From: a virus
Virus record (IMG/VR): IMGVR_UViG_3300045988_065571
Direction: 5' to 3' (one strand)
Length of the DNA stretch: 64,000 nt
Shown here: piece by piece, positions 28,432 to 38,098 of the stretch
How positions within the stretch are numbered: the first letter of the stretch is position 1
Layout of the letters: the number at the start of each line of letters is the position of its first letter
Made by a program: the position numbers and the translations under genes
Notes under the pieces: generated by a model
The model's database searches: none
What the model was told of the DNA's origin: nothing
The model's input: the letters and a program-made list of their open reading frames with translations, nothing else

Positions 28432-28915
28432 AGCAAATAACCCTATATTATATAAGGGCACAGGTACTCCTTACCTAGCCATCTTTGATAATCAAGGTAT
28501 ACCAGTTATGAATCCTCTTACTGGTATACCTTTAGGAGCGTATATAAGTAGCTGGTCATATGTATATGATGAAGAAAAAGAAAACTTAGCTACAATAACT
28601 ATTGATACTGGTAATCCAGATACTGTAGATGTAGAAGCTTTACAGGAAAATAGAGATATCTTTTTACAGTGGGGATATATTTTTAGTGATGGTACATTTG
28701 TATCAAGCCCAGCTATAAATATCAAAGTAAGAGATTTCGATTGTATCTTTGATTCTACAGGTACCCATATAACTATCAAATGTATTGATGGCACGAATCA
28801 TCTTAGGTTTATGCCCCCTCATAAACCTACTGAGGATACCGATGATAGTATGGTTAAATTCTTGGATTCAGGATGCGGATTAAATGTTGGAGTAATAATA
28901 GAAAGATTTGAGTAA
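28421..28915 (+). CDS. gpD-like baseplate hub protein, N-terminal portion encoded as a separate ORF
   Basis: YISSWSYVYDEEKENLATITIDTGNPD...IFLQWGY...INIKVRDFDCIFDSTGTHITIKCID resembles the N-terminal domain of the gpD / Mu gp44 family. Joined to the next ORF by a TAATG overlap. Confidence 0.5.
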   Translation: MEVKANNPILYKGTGTPYLAIFDNQGIPVMNPLTGIPLGAYISSWSYVYDEEKENLATITIDTGNPDTVDVEALQENRDIFLQWGYIFSDGTFVSSPAINIKVRDFDCIFDSTGTHITIKCIDGTNHLRFMPPHKPTEDTDDSMVKFLDSGCGLNVGVIIERFE

Positions 28916-30831
28916 TGGCAAATATAATAAGTAATCAAGCTTATGAAGCTATACAGGTACCAACAGAAGTTACTCCTGAAGTACAGGGTACCATTCTGTA
29001 TGCTAATCAATTTAGTGGCATAGGTCAAGTTGGTATGCCAGATGATTTAGCTGAAGTACTTAATTCTAACTTAGGTACAATAGGTAATAATGTTCTAGTT
29101 CAACTAGAAGCTAAAATGGCTGCCTATGGTAATGGGCCTTGGTATGTGGATAGTAGAGATGGGGTAATTTACATACATAACCGTAAGTTTCAACAACCTC
29201 CTCATCATACCTACATATTCCAAGCTGAAAACGGAGAAGTATTAAGAGTATCTTTTACTACTCAAAGATCTACTAAGCAGAAGATGATGCAAGTGGGTAA
29301 TACTATAAAACCTGAGGATAAGCAAATACAAATCCAGGTAAGTTACATCGATGACCAACAGAATGAGATTCTACATGACCCACTACAGTTAGATGCCCTA
29401 TCTACAGTAGATGTGCAAAGCCCAGGATTATTTCATAGATCCCCCGAAGTTTTAAAACCCCATGTTGATAGTAAGGTAGAGAAATGGAAAGAAGATAGAT
29501 TGAAATCCTTAGATGAAGAATTGGCTTCTAAAAAACAAGCTCAAAGACTAAAGACTGAATCTGCTAAGAAAGAATATGATGCTAAGGGTACTGGTTATTT
29601 AGATGCAGGTGGTGGATTAGAGTCTATGTCCGATACAGAATTAAGGGATGCTACTTCTCAAATGCTAGAGGAAGCTTATACTAAAGGAGAACTAACAAAT
29701 ATAAAATCTTCTATTGATGCACTAGTAGCGGGAGGAATGGACCTTACTTCTGCAATGAAACAAGTATACCAGGGTTTAAATTTTGTATTCAAAAATAAAT
29801 ACACTGAGGTATGGACTGAAGTCTGGGAAGATCCTCGTTCATATTCTTCTGGGGAATTAAAGTCTTCTAGTCGTGTGAACAGTATGACTGAACTGAATGC
29901 TGAGAAAAGGAAAACTCAGGAGGGATTAGCTAAAATGCAAGAAGACCCAAATATCATTGTCTACCCCTTAACTCTTCATGAAGAATCATATTATCCTCAA
30001 ACTTATAACCCAGTCCAAGCTGGTAGAGGCCCTGGAGATAATCACGGATATTATCGAAGCAGAGTAAAGGTATTCAAAAAAGTAAAACAGCTTTTGAAGG
30101 TACCAGCTTGGAAAACTCTTACTAACTTATATGATAGAACTGGAGGAGTAGGTAATAGAGAAAGAGCAATGAGGATAAATGCTAATGGAGGTTTAAAGGT
30201 AACCGAGAAAAAGCTAGTCTGTCAAATGCAAGTAGTAGGAAGACCTTCATTAAAAACTTCAATGGTACTTCAGCTTTTGAACGTTGGTAAAAGATGGTCA
30301 GGTTATTGGTATATAAAGAAATGTACTCATAGGATGGATGCTGGTACTGGCTATATTACTGACTTAGAATTAGTTAGGAATAATGGAACCGCTGGCTTTC
30401 AAGTTGCTGCTGGTAATATTAATACTCAAGATGTAGTATCTAATAATGCCCGAAGTCAAGGAACTACTGATGTAGGTAAGAATAAAGCTGGAGATGCTCA
30501 TTCTTCTGATTTTACCATAAATGCTACTAAGGCAGAATATGAAGCCTTCAAAGCCTTGGATGGTAATACCGAAGAACAAAGAAAGTTTGTTCAAGATATG
30601 GTTATCTATAGGGAACAGAATGCTAATACTCCTACCAAAGGTAATGATGGCATCATAGAAGTAGAAAGAACTGTATACCAATCTACAGGTAAAGATGGAG
30701 AAGATGTAGTTACCATTACTAATGTTAAACGTAAAAAGGTAGAAGCTACTAAGGATGTATATCGAAAGTATAATTTCAATATAGATTACATTATTAAACA
30801 GATGAACCAAGACTTTTCTAAAACTGAATAA
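28915..30831 (+). CDS. gpD-like (late control D / baseplate hub) protein with a large inserted charged region
   Basis: QMQVVGRPSLKTSMVLQLLNVGKRWSGYWYIKKCTHRMDAGTGYITDLELVRN matches the C-terminal gpD signature. Has a central coiled-coil-like Lys/Glu-rich segment. Confidence 0.6.
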   Translation: MANIISNQAYEAIQVPTEVTPEVQGTILYANQFSGIGQVGMPDDLAEVLNSNLGTIGNNVLVQLEAKMAAYGNGPWYVDSRDGVIYIHNRKFQQPPHHTYIFQAENGEVLRVSFTTQRSTKQKMMQVGNTIKPEDKQIQIQVSYIDDQQNEILHDPLQLDALSTVDVQSPGLFHRSPEVLKPHVDSKVEKWKEDRLKSLDEELASKKQAQRLKTESAKKEYDAKGTGYLDAGGGLESMSDTELRDATSQMLEEAYTKGELTNIKSSIDALVAGGMDLTSAMKQVYQGLNFVFKNKYTEVWTEVWEDPRSYSSGELKSSSRVNSMTELNAEKRKTQEGLAKMQEDPNIIVYPLTLHEESYYPQTYNPVQAGRGPGDNHGYYRSRVKVFKKVKQLLKVPAWKTLTNLYDRTGGVGNRERAMRINANGGLKVTEKKLVCQMQVVGRPSLKTSMVLQLLNVGKRWSGYWYIKKCTHRMDAGTGYITDLELVRNNGTAGFQVAAGNINTQDVVSNNARSQGTTDVGKNKAGDAHSSDFTINATKAEYEAFKALDGNTEEQRKFVQDMVIYREQNANTPTKGNDGIIEVERTVYQSTGKDGEDVVTITNVKRKKVEATKDVYRKYNFNIDYIIKQMNQDFSKTE

Positions 30832-30832
30832 T

Positions 30833-31549
30833 ATGGCTTATGAATCAGCAAAAACAATAACTGAACAGGGATTAGAATCCTTGGGAAGATACTATTCGGT
30901 GTACAGGGCTATGGTAGTTAATAACACAGACCCTGATCATATGAATCGTATAAAGGTAGCTATACCAGAAGTAATGGGGGGAATAGTACTCTGGGCTTAT
31001 TCAAAGGGTCAACATGGATCTACTGGGTCTGGCTTTAAAATGATGGCTCCTAAGAATGGTGATATAGTATATATTACCTTTGAATATGGAGATCCTAGTA
31101 AACCTCTGTGGGAATATCATGGTTGGGCTCAAAACCAAATACCCGATATCCTGGATGATCCTGATACTATGGGTATAGTTACACCTAATGGGAATAGAAT
31201 CTGGTTAAATGATAAAGATGGATCACTCAAGATGTACTTATATGGGTCTGCTACTATTTACGCCGAAGGCCCAGTAAGTATAAATTCTAAAGCTCAAGCC
31301 TATGTGAATGCCTCAAAGGTTATAGTGAACCAAGGTAATAATGATGGTATAATCAATATCAATGAATTAACCCAGAAACTAAACCAATTAGTTTCAGAGA
31401 TAGAATCATTAAAAGCTCAATATAATTCTCATACCCACTCTGGTATTCAATCGGGACCTGCAGTTAGTGGACCTGTTATTACTCCAGTCACGAAACCATT
31501 TTCTACTTTTAATAAAACAGATTATGAGGATTCTAAATTTGTACACTAA
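30833..31549 (+). CDS. Baseplate spike / gpV-like (gp5 OB-fold) protein
   Basis: YSVYRAMVVNNTDPDHMNRIKVAIPEVMGGIVLWAYS is the typical Phage_base_V N-terminal pattern. Confidence 0.75.
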   Translation: MAYESAKTITEQGLESLGRYYSVYRAMVVNNTDPDHMNRIKVAIPEVMGGIVLWAYSKGQHGSTGSGFKMMAPKNGDIVYITFEYGDPSKPLWEYHGWAQNQIPDILDDPDTMGIVTPNGNRIWLNDKDGSLKMYLYGSATIYAEGPVSINSKAQAYVNASKVIVNQGNNDGIININELTQKLNQLVSEIESLKAQYNSHTHSGIQSGPAVSGPVITPVTKPFSTFNKTDYEDSKFVH

Positions 31550-31974
31550 TGGCAAATAACTTATACACTAATGTTATCGGTATTGGGCCTTTGTTTCCAA
31601 TACGGATTACTGAGAATGAAAAGGGAGAGAAAGGTTGGTATCCCGTAAACGGAGATATTGAACTTGTTCATAATAACCTATCTGCTCTCCTTTGGTATGA
31701 TATAGGTCAAAGATTCAGGCAAGAAGATTTTGGTACTAGGCTATGGGAATGTATAGAAGAACCTAATACTCAGGCTTTAGCTTTCTTGGTAAAGGATTTC
31801 TTAAAGAAAGCCATCTCTACCTATGAAACTAGGATTACTTTTAAAAGTCTGAATATGAGGTTAGAGGGTACCAAACTTTTCATCGAAATGAATTATGTAA
31901 TTAATCAAACTGGTAGCCAACAGGTATTGGGTATTAGTTATGATAGGTCTGAAAATATTTTAAAACCTTACTAA
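31549..31974 (+). CDS. Baseplate wedge protein gpW / gp25-like
   Basis: 141 aa. FPIRITENEKG...NNLSALLWYDIGQRFRQEDFGTRLWECIEEPNT fits the GPW_gp25 pattern. TAATG overlap with the gpV-like gene. Confidence 0.75.
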   Translation: MANNLYTNVIGIGPLFPIRITENEKGEKGWYPVNGDIELVHNNLSALLWYDIGQRFRQEDFGTRLWECIEEPNTQALAFLVKDFLKKAISTYETRITFKSLNMRLEGTKLFIEMNYVINQTGSQQVLGISYDRSENILKPY

Positions 31975-31975
31975 T

Positions 31976-33694
31976 ATGATAACGAATAAATGGCTAAACC
32001 CTTATCAGAGATCCTTTCAACAGATTAAAGCTAAGTTGATTGAATCTCTTACTACTATCAAGGATAAGAATGGTCAGACCCTTATCACGGATTATTCCGA
32101 AGGTAATATTCTGATAATTATCCTATCTTTGTTTGCAGCTATTGCTGAAGTACTTCATTATTACATTGATAACGTAGGTAGGGAATCTTTCTTATCCACG
32201 GCTCGGCGTTATGATAGTGTAGTAAAGCATGGCTTATTGGTAGATTATCATCCAAGAGGAGCAGTAGCTGCTTCAGTAGATGTAATCCTAACCCGTGATC
32301 TTACAGGTAGTAATATTGCTTCTAGGTTAACTATCCCAAAAGAAACCCTCTTTACAGATGTTAACGGTAACTCCTGGCTTTCTGCTAGAGATGTAACTTG
32401 GTATGCTAATGTTACTACTTGTAAAATACCCCTGATTCAACATGAGAAATATAATCAATCTGGGTTGTCAGGATTAGTAATACCTTCCGAAGGTAGACCC
32501 GAAATCACAATAGGTAAATTACCTGATGGTAAATACTATGAGCATGGTACAATGCAATTATCCATCGATGGAACTACTTGGACTTTAGTAGATACCTTTG
32601 CTTATTCTAAGCCTTCGGATAAACATTTCATGGTAACTGTCAATGCTAGTCAAGTTGCTGTAATAGTATTTGGAGATGGTACTTTTGGTTCTATACCTTC
32701 TGCAGGTCAAAAGATAACATCGGCAAGCTTTTATATCACCACAGGTATTCAGGGTAATGTACCAGCTGGTTCTATTGTACAAACTCCAGCTATAGTAAAA
32801 GCTTCTATATCTGAGGCTACTACTAGTAATCAATATGCTGCAGGAGGAGGTTCTAGTTATGAGAACTTTGGTATGTTAAAAGAACACATACCCTTGAGTG
32901 TTAAAACTCTTGGAGTAGCTGTAAGCAAACAGGACTTCGTAGATTTGGCAATGTTAGTTGATGGAGTGAATAAAGCTGCAGTAGATTATGAATGTGGTAG
33001 AAAGCTTACTGTATATATCAGTGCTGATAATGGAGGAGTAGCTGATTCGGCTATGATAAACAAAGTTTATACTCAACTATCACAGAGAGCTCCTTTAACT
33101 ACTTGGCTTCAAGTTAAATCTGCAGGATTAGTAGATATAACTCTAGAGATAGAAGTAACTGGTAAGAAATCTTATAAGACCAACGAAATCCAGGCTCAAG
33201 TTCTGAATGCCCTATACAATGCCTATTCTATTGAGAACTCAGAGATTGGGGGCAAAGTAAGAATCTCCGATATCTATGCCCTGATAGATAATCTATCTAC
33301 GGTAGATTACTTACACATAAAGAAGTTTTATATCAAACCCTGGCCTGTTACAATATATGGTAATAAAGAATTACTTCTTGGTCAGTTTAAATTAGAGAAG
33401 GCTAACGGCTCTATGACTTACTTCATAAACTTTACTGGAAGTAATTCATATACTGTAAAAGCTTCAAGTGGAGGATTCCAAACTACTGGTTCCGTAGGTA
33501 GTACTATAAACATTACCGATAAGAATAATGGTATCACTTTCTCTTTGGACATACAAGCAAACGGTTATCAGCAAGGATATCGTTATTCTATTACTATCTC
33601 AGAACCTAATATGGATTATGAAGATCCTGGTTATAATTTACCCGTATTCCAAAAATCTTCTCAATTGACACTAACCGTTAACGAAACTGTTTAA
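31976..33694 (+). CDS. Baseplate J-like protein (gpJ / gp6-like)
   Basis: 572 aa after the gpW-like gene. VSKQDFVDLAMLVDGVNKAAVDYECGRKLTVYISADNGG resembles the Baseplate_J core. Confidence 0.7.
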   Translation: MITNKWLNPYQRSFQQIKAKLIESLTTIKDKNGQTLITDYSEGNILIIILSLFAAIAEVLHYYIDNVGRESFLSTARRYDSVVKHGLLVDYHPRGAVAASVDVILTRDLTGSNIASRLTIPKETLFTDVNGNSWLSARDVTWYANVTTCKIPLIQHEKYNQSGLSGLVIPSEGRPEITIGKLPDGKYYEHGTMQLSIDGTTWTLVDTFAYSKPSDKHFMVTVNASQVAVIVFGDGTFGSIPSAGQKITSASFYITTGIQGNVPAGSIVQTPAIVKASISEATTSNQYAAGGGSSYENFGMLKEHIPLSVKTLGVAVSKQDFVDLAMLVDGVNKAAVDYECGRKLTVYISADNGGVADSAMINKVYTQLSQRAPLTTWLQVKSAGLVDITLEIEVTGKKSYKTNEIQAQVLNALYNAYSIENSEIGGKVRISDIYALIDNLSTVDYLHIKKFYIKPWPVTIYGNKELLLGQFKLEKANGSMTYFINFTGSNSYTVKASSGGFQTTGSVGSTINITDKNNGITFSLDIQANGYQQGYRYSITISEPNMDYEDPGYNLPVFQKSSQLTLTVNETV

Positions 33695-33695
33695 T

Positions 33696-36182
33696 ATGAT
33701 AGACCTTAAGAAACTTATAGATTTTCTACCTTTTGAATATAAGGACCAAGATACTTATAAGGTAGATGGAAAGGGTATCTTAGAAAGGTTCCTAGAAATT
33801 TGTGGAGGTTATTTTCAAGATAATATATCCGCAGATATTGAGAGTTTACTAGGAATAACCGACTTTGATACCTGCCCGGAGATTTATTTGAATTATCTTT
33901 GGGAAAGCTTTGGGCAATTACCTTTTGCACGATGGAATAACATTGATGAGGAGGCTTTTAAAACTTATTATAATGGGCTGTTAAGTGAGGCTGAATTAAA
34001 TAGCCTTAAATCTAAATGGATTTTACCTAAGAATGGAGCTTTAGCCTTATCTACTAAACAGATAAGAAATTTACTCAAGTACTCTATATCTTTGATAAAG
34101 ATACGAGGTACTTCTCAGTTCTTTGAGATATTGTTTAGAATGTATGGGTTAAACTGTACCATTGATGACCCTGCTAAATCGGGATACGATGGTTGGTTAA
34201 AAACTCATCCTTACTTTGACCAAGATCAGTACTATGATAAATCTAACTTTGATAACATCTATGGCTGTAGTCAATGTATCAATGTAACTTTCCATATAAC
34301 TGGTCACGGTTATTCAAGTAACTCAGGAGAATTTATCGAATTCAGAAAAGCTATAGAGAATATAATCGATAGGTTTAAACCTTATCATGTAGGGGCTACT
34401 ATTGATTATGGTTTTAAGGTAGAAGATGGTTATAAAATAACTGCCGAATTCGTAGACCCTAATATAAATGTAATCCAACCTGGGTATATAAACTTGGTAC
34501 CTATCAAGGTAACCGTTTCTAGCAATTATCAGAATGCCGATTTAAGATATCAAGTATCTGGAGATGGAAATACTTGGGGATATAAGAAATATGAAAATGG
34601 TACTATCTTTAATGCTACTGTGGGAAATCAAACCTATTACTTCAGAAGTGTAGGAGATCCAACCAAAATCGCCCAAATAAGAGTAGGACTGAAAGAGGTA
34701 GTAAAATCTTATAATATTTCTGTTAGCCCAACTACTTCGCATATCACTCCTGCTAATAAGGAAGTTACTGCTACAGTAACTGCTACTCTATATCAGGATG
34801 GCAAACAAACTCCAGTAAATGTTCAATTGGTGGGGGAAACCGAAGTTAAGCCTTCTGGTTCAACTTATAAATTCAAGGAACCAGGTACTTATGAATTTCA
34901 GATTGTAGAATATCCAGTAAAAAGAGTTTCACTAGTTGTTACTAGGGAACCTAATAAGTATAAGGTTAAATGTACTCCGGAAGAATTTAAACTATCAAGC
35001 AATGTAACTAGTTTAGCTAAAACAGTATTAACCATTGAAGATGATTATGATGAAGAAGACTTGGAATGCTACTTGATAGGTAAAGAGGATACCCAATATA
35101 AATCTGGGGATACCTTCCAAACATTTGGTACTGGAGTTTATAAGTTTGCTTGTACTAAGGATACTTTAGAGAATTTAGATGGTATAGGTATATTCACTGT
35201 ATATACCAGTATTTCTAAATTCACCTATCAACTATCCAAGGAATATCAAACTTTATCCTTGGAAATGGGAAGTGGTTCTGTAAACCAAGAGATATATTTA
35301 TCAGTAACTCCTTCTGATGATCCAGATAACCTCATAGATTATGGAGTTAGTATTTATTGTGATAATACTAAGTTAACCGATATTACTTTGAATAAATCGG
35401 GTAATGGTAAAGCTAGTGCTACCTATTCATGTAATCGGTCTGGAAGTTATAGAGCTGTATGTAAAGGGGATCCCTCAGTTTATACTACATGGTCAGTATA
35501 CAGTTATACTAAACCCGAAGATCCTTATATTTATATTGAAGCTGTAAATCCTGCTGACCCTAATTGGGTATCCCCGAAAGATTGGGCTAACACTCCCAAT
35601 AATCAAAAGGTAAATGTATCTTATCAACTTGCTGAAGGTAAATCTGCTACTATTAAAGTGATGCCTTTTGAAATAGATGAGTATGATTCAGTAATACTTA
35701 GGGAAACTGGAGCAGAATATAAATTTGAAGAGTCTATCACTTTAGATAAAGCTGGTACCTATACCTTTGTTGGTAAAGGTAATCAAGATAAAAAAGCTGT
35801 CTTAGTAATCAAAGATTATAACCTTGAAGTTAAGATAAGCTGTAGTCCTGAAAAAGCTACCTTAAGTGGCCAGGGTCAGGGAGAAGTATATACTACTGTG
35901 GTATGTTCTTCTAATCACAAGGATTTCGTAACAGATGTAAGATTAGTTGGCCAAGCTGATTCACATCCAGTACCCTATGAGTTTAGAACTTCTAATCCTG
36001 GTACTTATATATTTGAAGCTGTTAACAAAACCGATGTAAGGTGTACATTTGAAGTTACTTTAGCTTTTGATGTACAACCCAATGAATTGGTTTGGAACTC
36101 TGATGATATTAGCAGTAAAACTTTTGAAATAGACATACCAGAAAATACAGCATGGAGAATAACCCCGAAACCTCAGGAATAA
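33696..36182 (+). CDS. Tail protein I-like (P2 gpI N-terminal domain) fused to multiple Ig-like repeats
   Basis: N-terminus LIDFLPFEY...ILERFLEICGGYF...ITDFDTCPEIYLNYLWESFG matches the gpI pattern. The C-terminal 500 aa contain repeated beta-rich units (..VTATVTATLYQDGKQTPVNVQLVGE..PGTYEFQIVE and ..VYTTVVCSSNHKDFVTDVRLVGQ..PGTYIFEAVN). Confidence 0.65.
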   Translation: MIDLKKLIDFLPFEYKDQDTYKVDGKGILERFLEICGGYFQDNISADIESLLGITDFDTCPEIYLNYLWESFGQLPFARWNNIDEEAFKTYYNGLLSEAELNSLKSKWILPKNGALALSTKQIRNLLKYSISLIKIRGTSQFFEILFRMYGLNCTIDDPAKSGYDGWLKTHPYFDQDQYYDKSNFDNIYGCSQCINVTFHITGHGYSSNSGEFIEFRKAIENIIDRFKPYHVGATIDYGFKVEDGYKITAEFVDPNINVIQPGYINLVPIKVTVSSNYQNADLRYQVSGDGNTWGYKKYENGTIFNATVGNQTYYFRSVGDPTKIAQIRVGLKEVVKSYNISVSPTTSHITPANKEVTATVTATLYQDGKQTPVNVQLVGETEVKPSGSTYKFKEPGTYEFQIVEYPVKRVSLVVTREPNKYKVKCTPEEFKLSSNVTSLAKTVLTIEDDYDEEDLECYLIGKEDTQYKSGDTFQTFGTGVYKFACTKDTLENLDGIGIFTVYTSISKFTYQLSKEYQTLSLEMGSGSVNQEIYLSVTPSDDPDNLIDYGVSIYCDNTKLTDITLNKSGNGKASATYSCNRSGSYRAVCKGDPSVYTTWSVYSYTKPEDPYIYIEAVNPADPNWVSPKDWANTPNNQKVNVSYQLAEGKSATIKVMPFEIDEYDSVILRETGAEYKFEESITLDKAGTYTFVGKGNQDKKAVLVIKDYNLEVKISCSPEKATLSGQGQGEVYTTVVCSSNHKDFVTDVRLVGQADSHPVPYEFRTSNPGTYIFEAVNKTDVRCTFEVTLAFDVQPNELVWNSDDISSKTFEIDIPENTAWRITPKPQE

Positions 36183-36721
36183 ATCAATATTACGATATGT
36201 ATACTGAAACATCCACTACATCTATAGTATCTAAAGGATTTACGGTAGCTTTTGCTACAGAGTGTATTAACTTATTATATGACCTTCGATGGATGATATT
36301 ACTAGCATTCATATTAATAATTGCCGACTTCTGGTTTGGGATGAATGCTAGTAAATTTAAAGGCATACCCATTAGAAAATCTAGAGCTGGAAGAAGAACT
36401 TTTAATAAGATTATAGATTATATATGTTACTTATTAATGGGAGCAGTTCTTGGTAAGGCTATTGGAGAACCTTATGGGTTAGATCCCCTAGTAGTATCTA
36501 TAACTGTATTGGTAGTATGTTATGGATTCGAAGTAGATTCTATCTATGGTCACATATGTACATTACACGGAGTAGAAAAGAGATACAGTATCTGGAAGAT
36601 ACTCTGGTCTATAGTAACCTTGAAGTTCAATAGTTTATCTGAAGCTTTCAAGGATATGTCAGAACAATCTAGGAATTATAAACAATCTAAAAACAATAGT
36701 AACAATGAAAACGTACTTTAA
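36152..36721 (+). CDS. Holin-like membrane protein (phage holin family 4-like). The start may be the ATG at 36197.
   Basis: WMILLAFILIIADFWFGMNASKFKGIPIRKSRAGRRTFNKIIDYICYLLMGAVLG fits the l..~D..tG...A.......S..g.rg..kK pattern. Has three hydrophobic segments. Confidence 0.5.
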   Translation: MENNPETSGINQYYDMYTETSTTSIVSKGFTVAFATECINLLYDLRWMILLAFILIIADFWFGMNASKFKGIPIRKSRAGRRTFNKIIDYICYLLMGAVLGKAIGEPYGLDPLVVSITVLVVCYGFEVDSIYGHICTLHGVEKRYSIWKILWSIVTLKFNSLSEAFKDMSEQSRNYKQSKNNSNNENVL

Positions 36722-37955
36722 ATATGAGGGTTTGATTAAATCCAAGGAGGCAGCAGAGGCAATTGCTGCCCCTGTTGCTCTTGGCCCCTTTTGTGGATTT
36801 GGCTCAGTTAAAGTATCTGGTAATAAATTATCAGTTCAAGCTAAAGCCGAAAATGGTAAGGTATTCAAGAATGATGTAGCAGATAGAATTACTGCTAGGT
36901 ATATGGTAAAGAATTCTGAAGATGGTGAATCACCACAGATAAACTTCGGCTGTATTTCTAGAGATGGCTATATATTCATCTCGGATGATGAAGAGATTGT
37001 AGTAGATAATATCCAAGGGGCTCAAGGAGCTAATTCCGATATCTTCTTATTCGCAGTCCATCAAGAAGTATCGGAACCAATTGAAAACCCTATTACTTTC
37101 GTAGCATATTGGTCTTCATCTTATGAAAGCTTGTATACTCTGTATAAACAATCACAAAACCCTTACTATCCTTTAGCAGAAGACAAAATCTCTTGGGATA
37201 TAGTAAAGAATAACCCAGCTTCACATGAGAAATTAAATTATACTTATCTTAATTCTCAGGTAGAGGGTGCTTGTGAACCCTACAGAAATAGTAAGAATAC
37301 CATGGTACTGATTGGAGTATATGGTTCTGGTACTGATGCTAACACAAAAGAATCAGAGAACTATGCTATCATTCCATATGGGGGATGTTTTCCTCAACCT
37401 CTGCCTTTTAACTCAGCTTATAATGGTTTGATGACTCATTCTATTCAAAGAGTAGAACATGTACTGGAAGGCTTCGGAGGTAAAGATGACCAGACTAATG
37501 GCATAACTAATCTACAAGAATACCTTACTAATCTGAAGAAAGAACTCATAGAGATGATTAAAAACTCAGCTTCTTCAGTTCCAACTGGATTGATTGCTAT
37601 GTTTTCGGGTACTACTCCTCCAGAGGGTTGGGCATTCTGTGATGGTATGTCTGGTAGACCTAATCTATTGGGTAGATTCGTAGTTGGTTATGATCCAAGT
37701 AATCAGGATTATAATACCATTGGTAACATGGGGGGAGAAGCTTTAGTAACTCTTACTCTAGATCAGATACCACCACATAGTCATAAGATTACATTTAAAG
37801 AAGAGAAATGGGGAGATAATGCAAACAATAGACCATTCCCCAATCATACTAAACCAGATTCAGGGTATTCGGCAGATACTCAAGTAACTGGTGGAGGTAG
37901 CCCTCATGAGAACAGACCTCCTTATTTCGTACTAGCTTATATCATTAAACTATAA
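36705..37955 (+). CDS. Second tail fibre/receptor-binding protein with a C-terminal phage tail-collar domain
   Basis: GLIAMFSGTTPPEGWAFCDGMSGRPNLLGRFVVGYDP...GGEALVTLTLDQIPPHSHK...KWGDNANNRP...GGGSPHENRPPYFVLAYIIKL. Paralogue of the C-terminus of 19874-20797. Confidence 0.75.
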   Translation: MKTYFKYEGLIKSKEAAEAIAAPVALGPFCGFGSVKVSGNKLSVQAKAENGKVFKNDVADRITARYMVKNSEDGESPQINFGCISRDGYIFISDDEEIVVDNIQGAQGANSDIFLFAVHQEVSEPIENPITFVAYWSSSYESLYTLYKQSQNPYYPLAEDKISWDIVKNNPASHEKLNYTYLNSQVEGACEPYRNSKNTMVLIGVYGSGTDANTKESENYAIIPYGGCFPQPLPFNSAYNGLMTHSIQRVEHVLEGFGGKDDQTNGITNLQEYLTNLKKELIEMIKNSASSVPTGLIAMFSGTTPPEGWAFCDGMSGRPNLLGRFVVGYDPSNQDYNTIGNMGGEALVTLTLDQIPPHSHKITFKEEKWGDNANNRPFPNHTKPDSGYSADTQVTGGGSPHENRPPYFVLAYIIKL

Positions 37956-38063
37956 CCTTATATAAACTTTTAAAATTATTAGGGCTTTTATATTTAAAGA
38001 ACAGCTAATCGCTTTCGTCCAACACACAAGTGGAATTCTTATTGGGAAATAAGTTACACTGGA

Positions 38064-38096
38064 AAGGGAACCTCATGCACTGGGTTCCCTTTTTTA
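38064..38096. terminator. Intrinsic terminator at the convergent junction between the late operon and the minus-strand gene
   Basis: aagggaacc (38064-38072) pairs with ggttccctt (38083-38091), followed by a T-run ending at 38095. The minus-strand gene stops at 38099. Confidence 0.7.
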
Positions 38097-38098
38097 TG

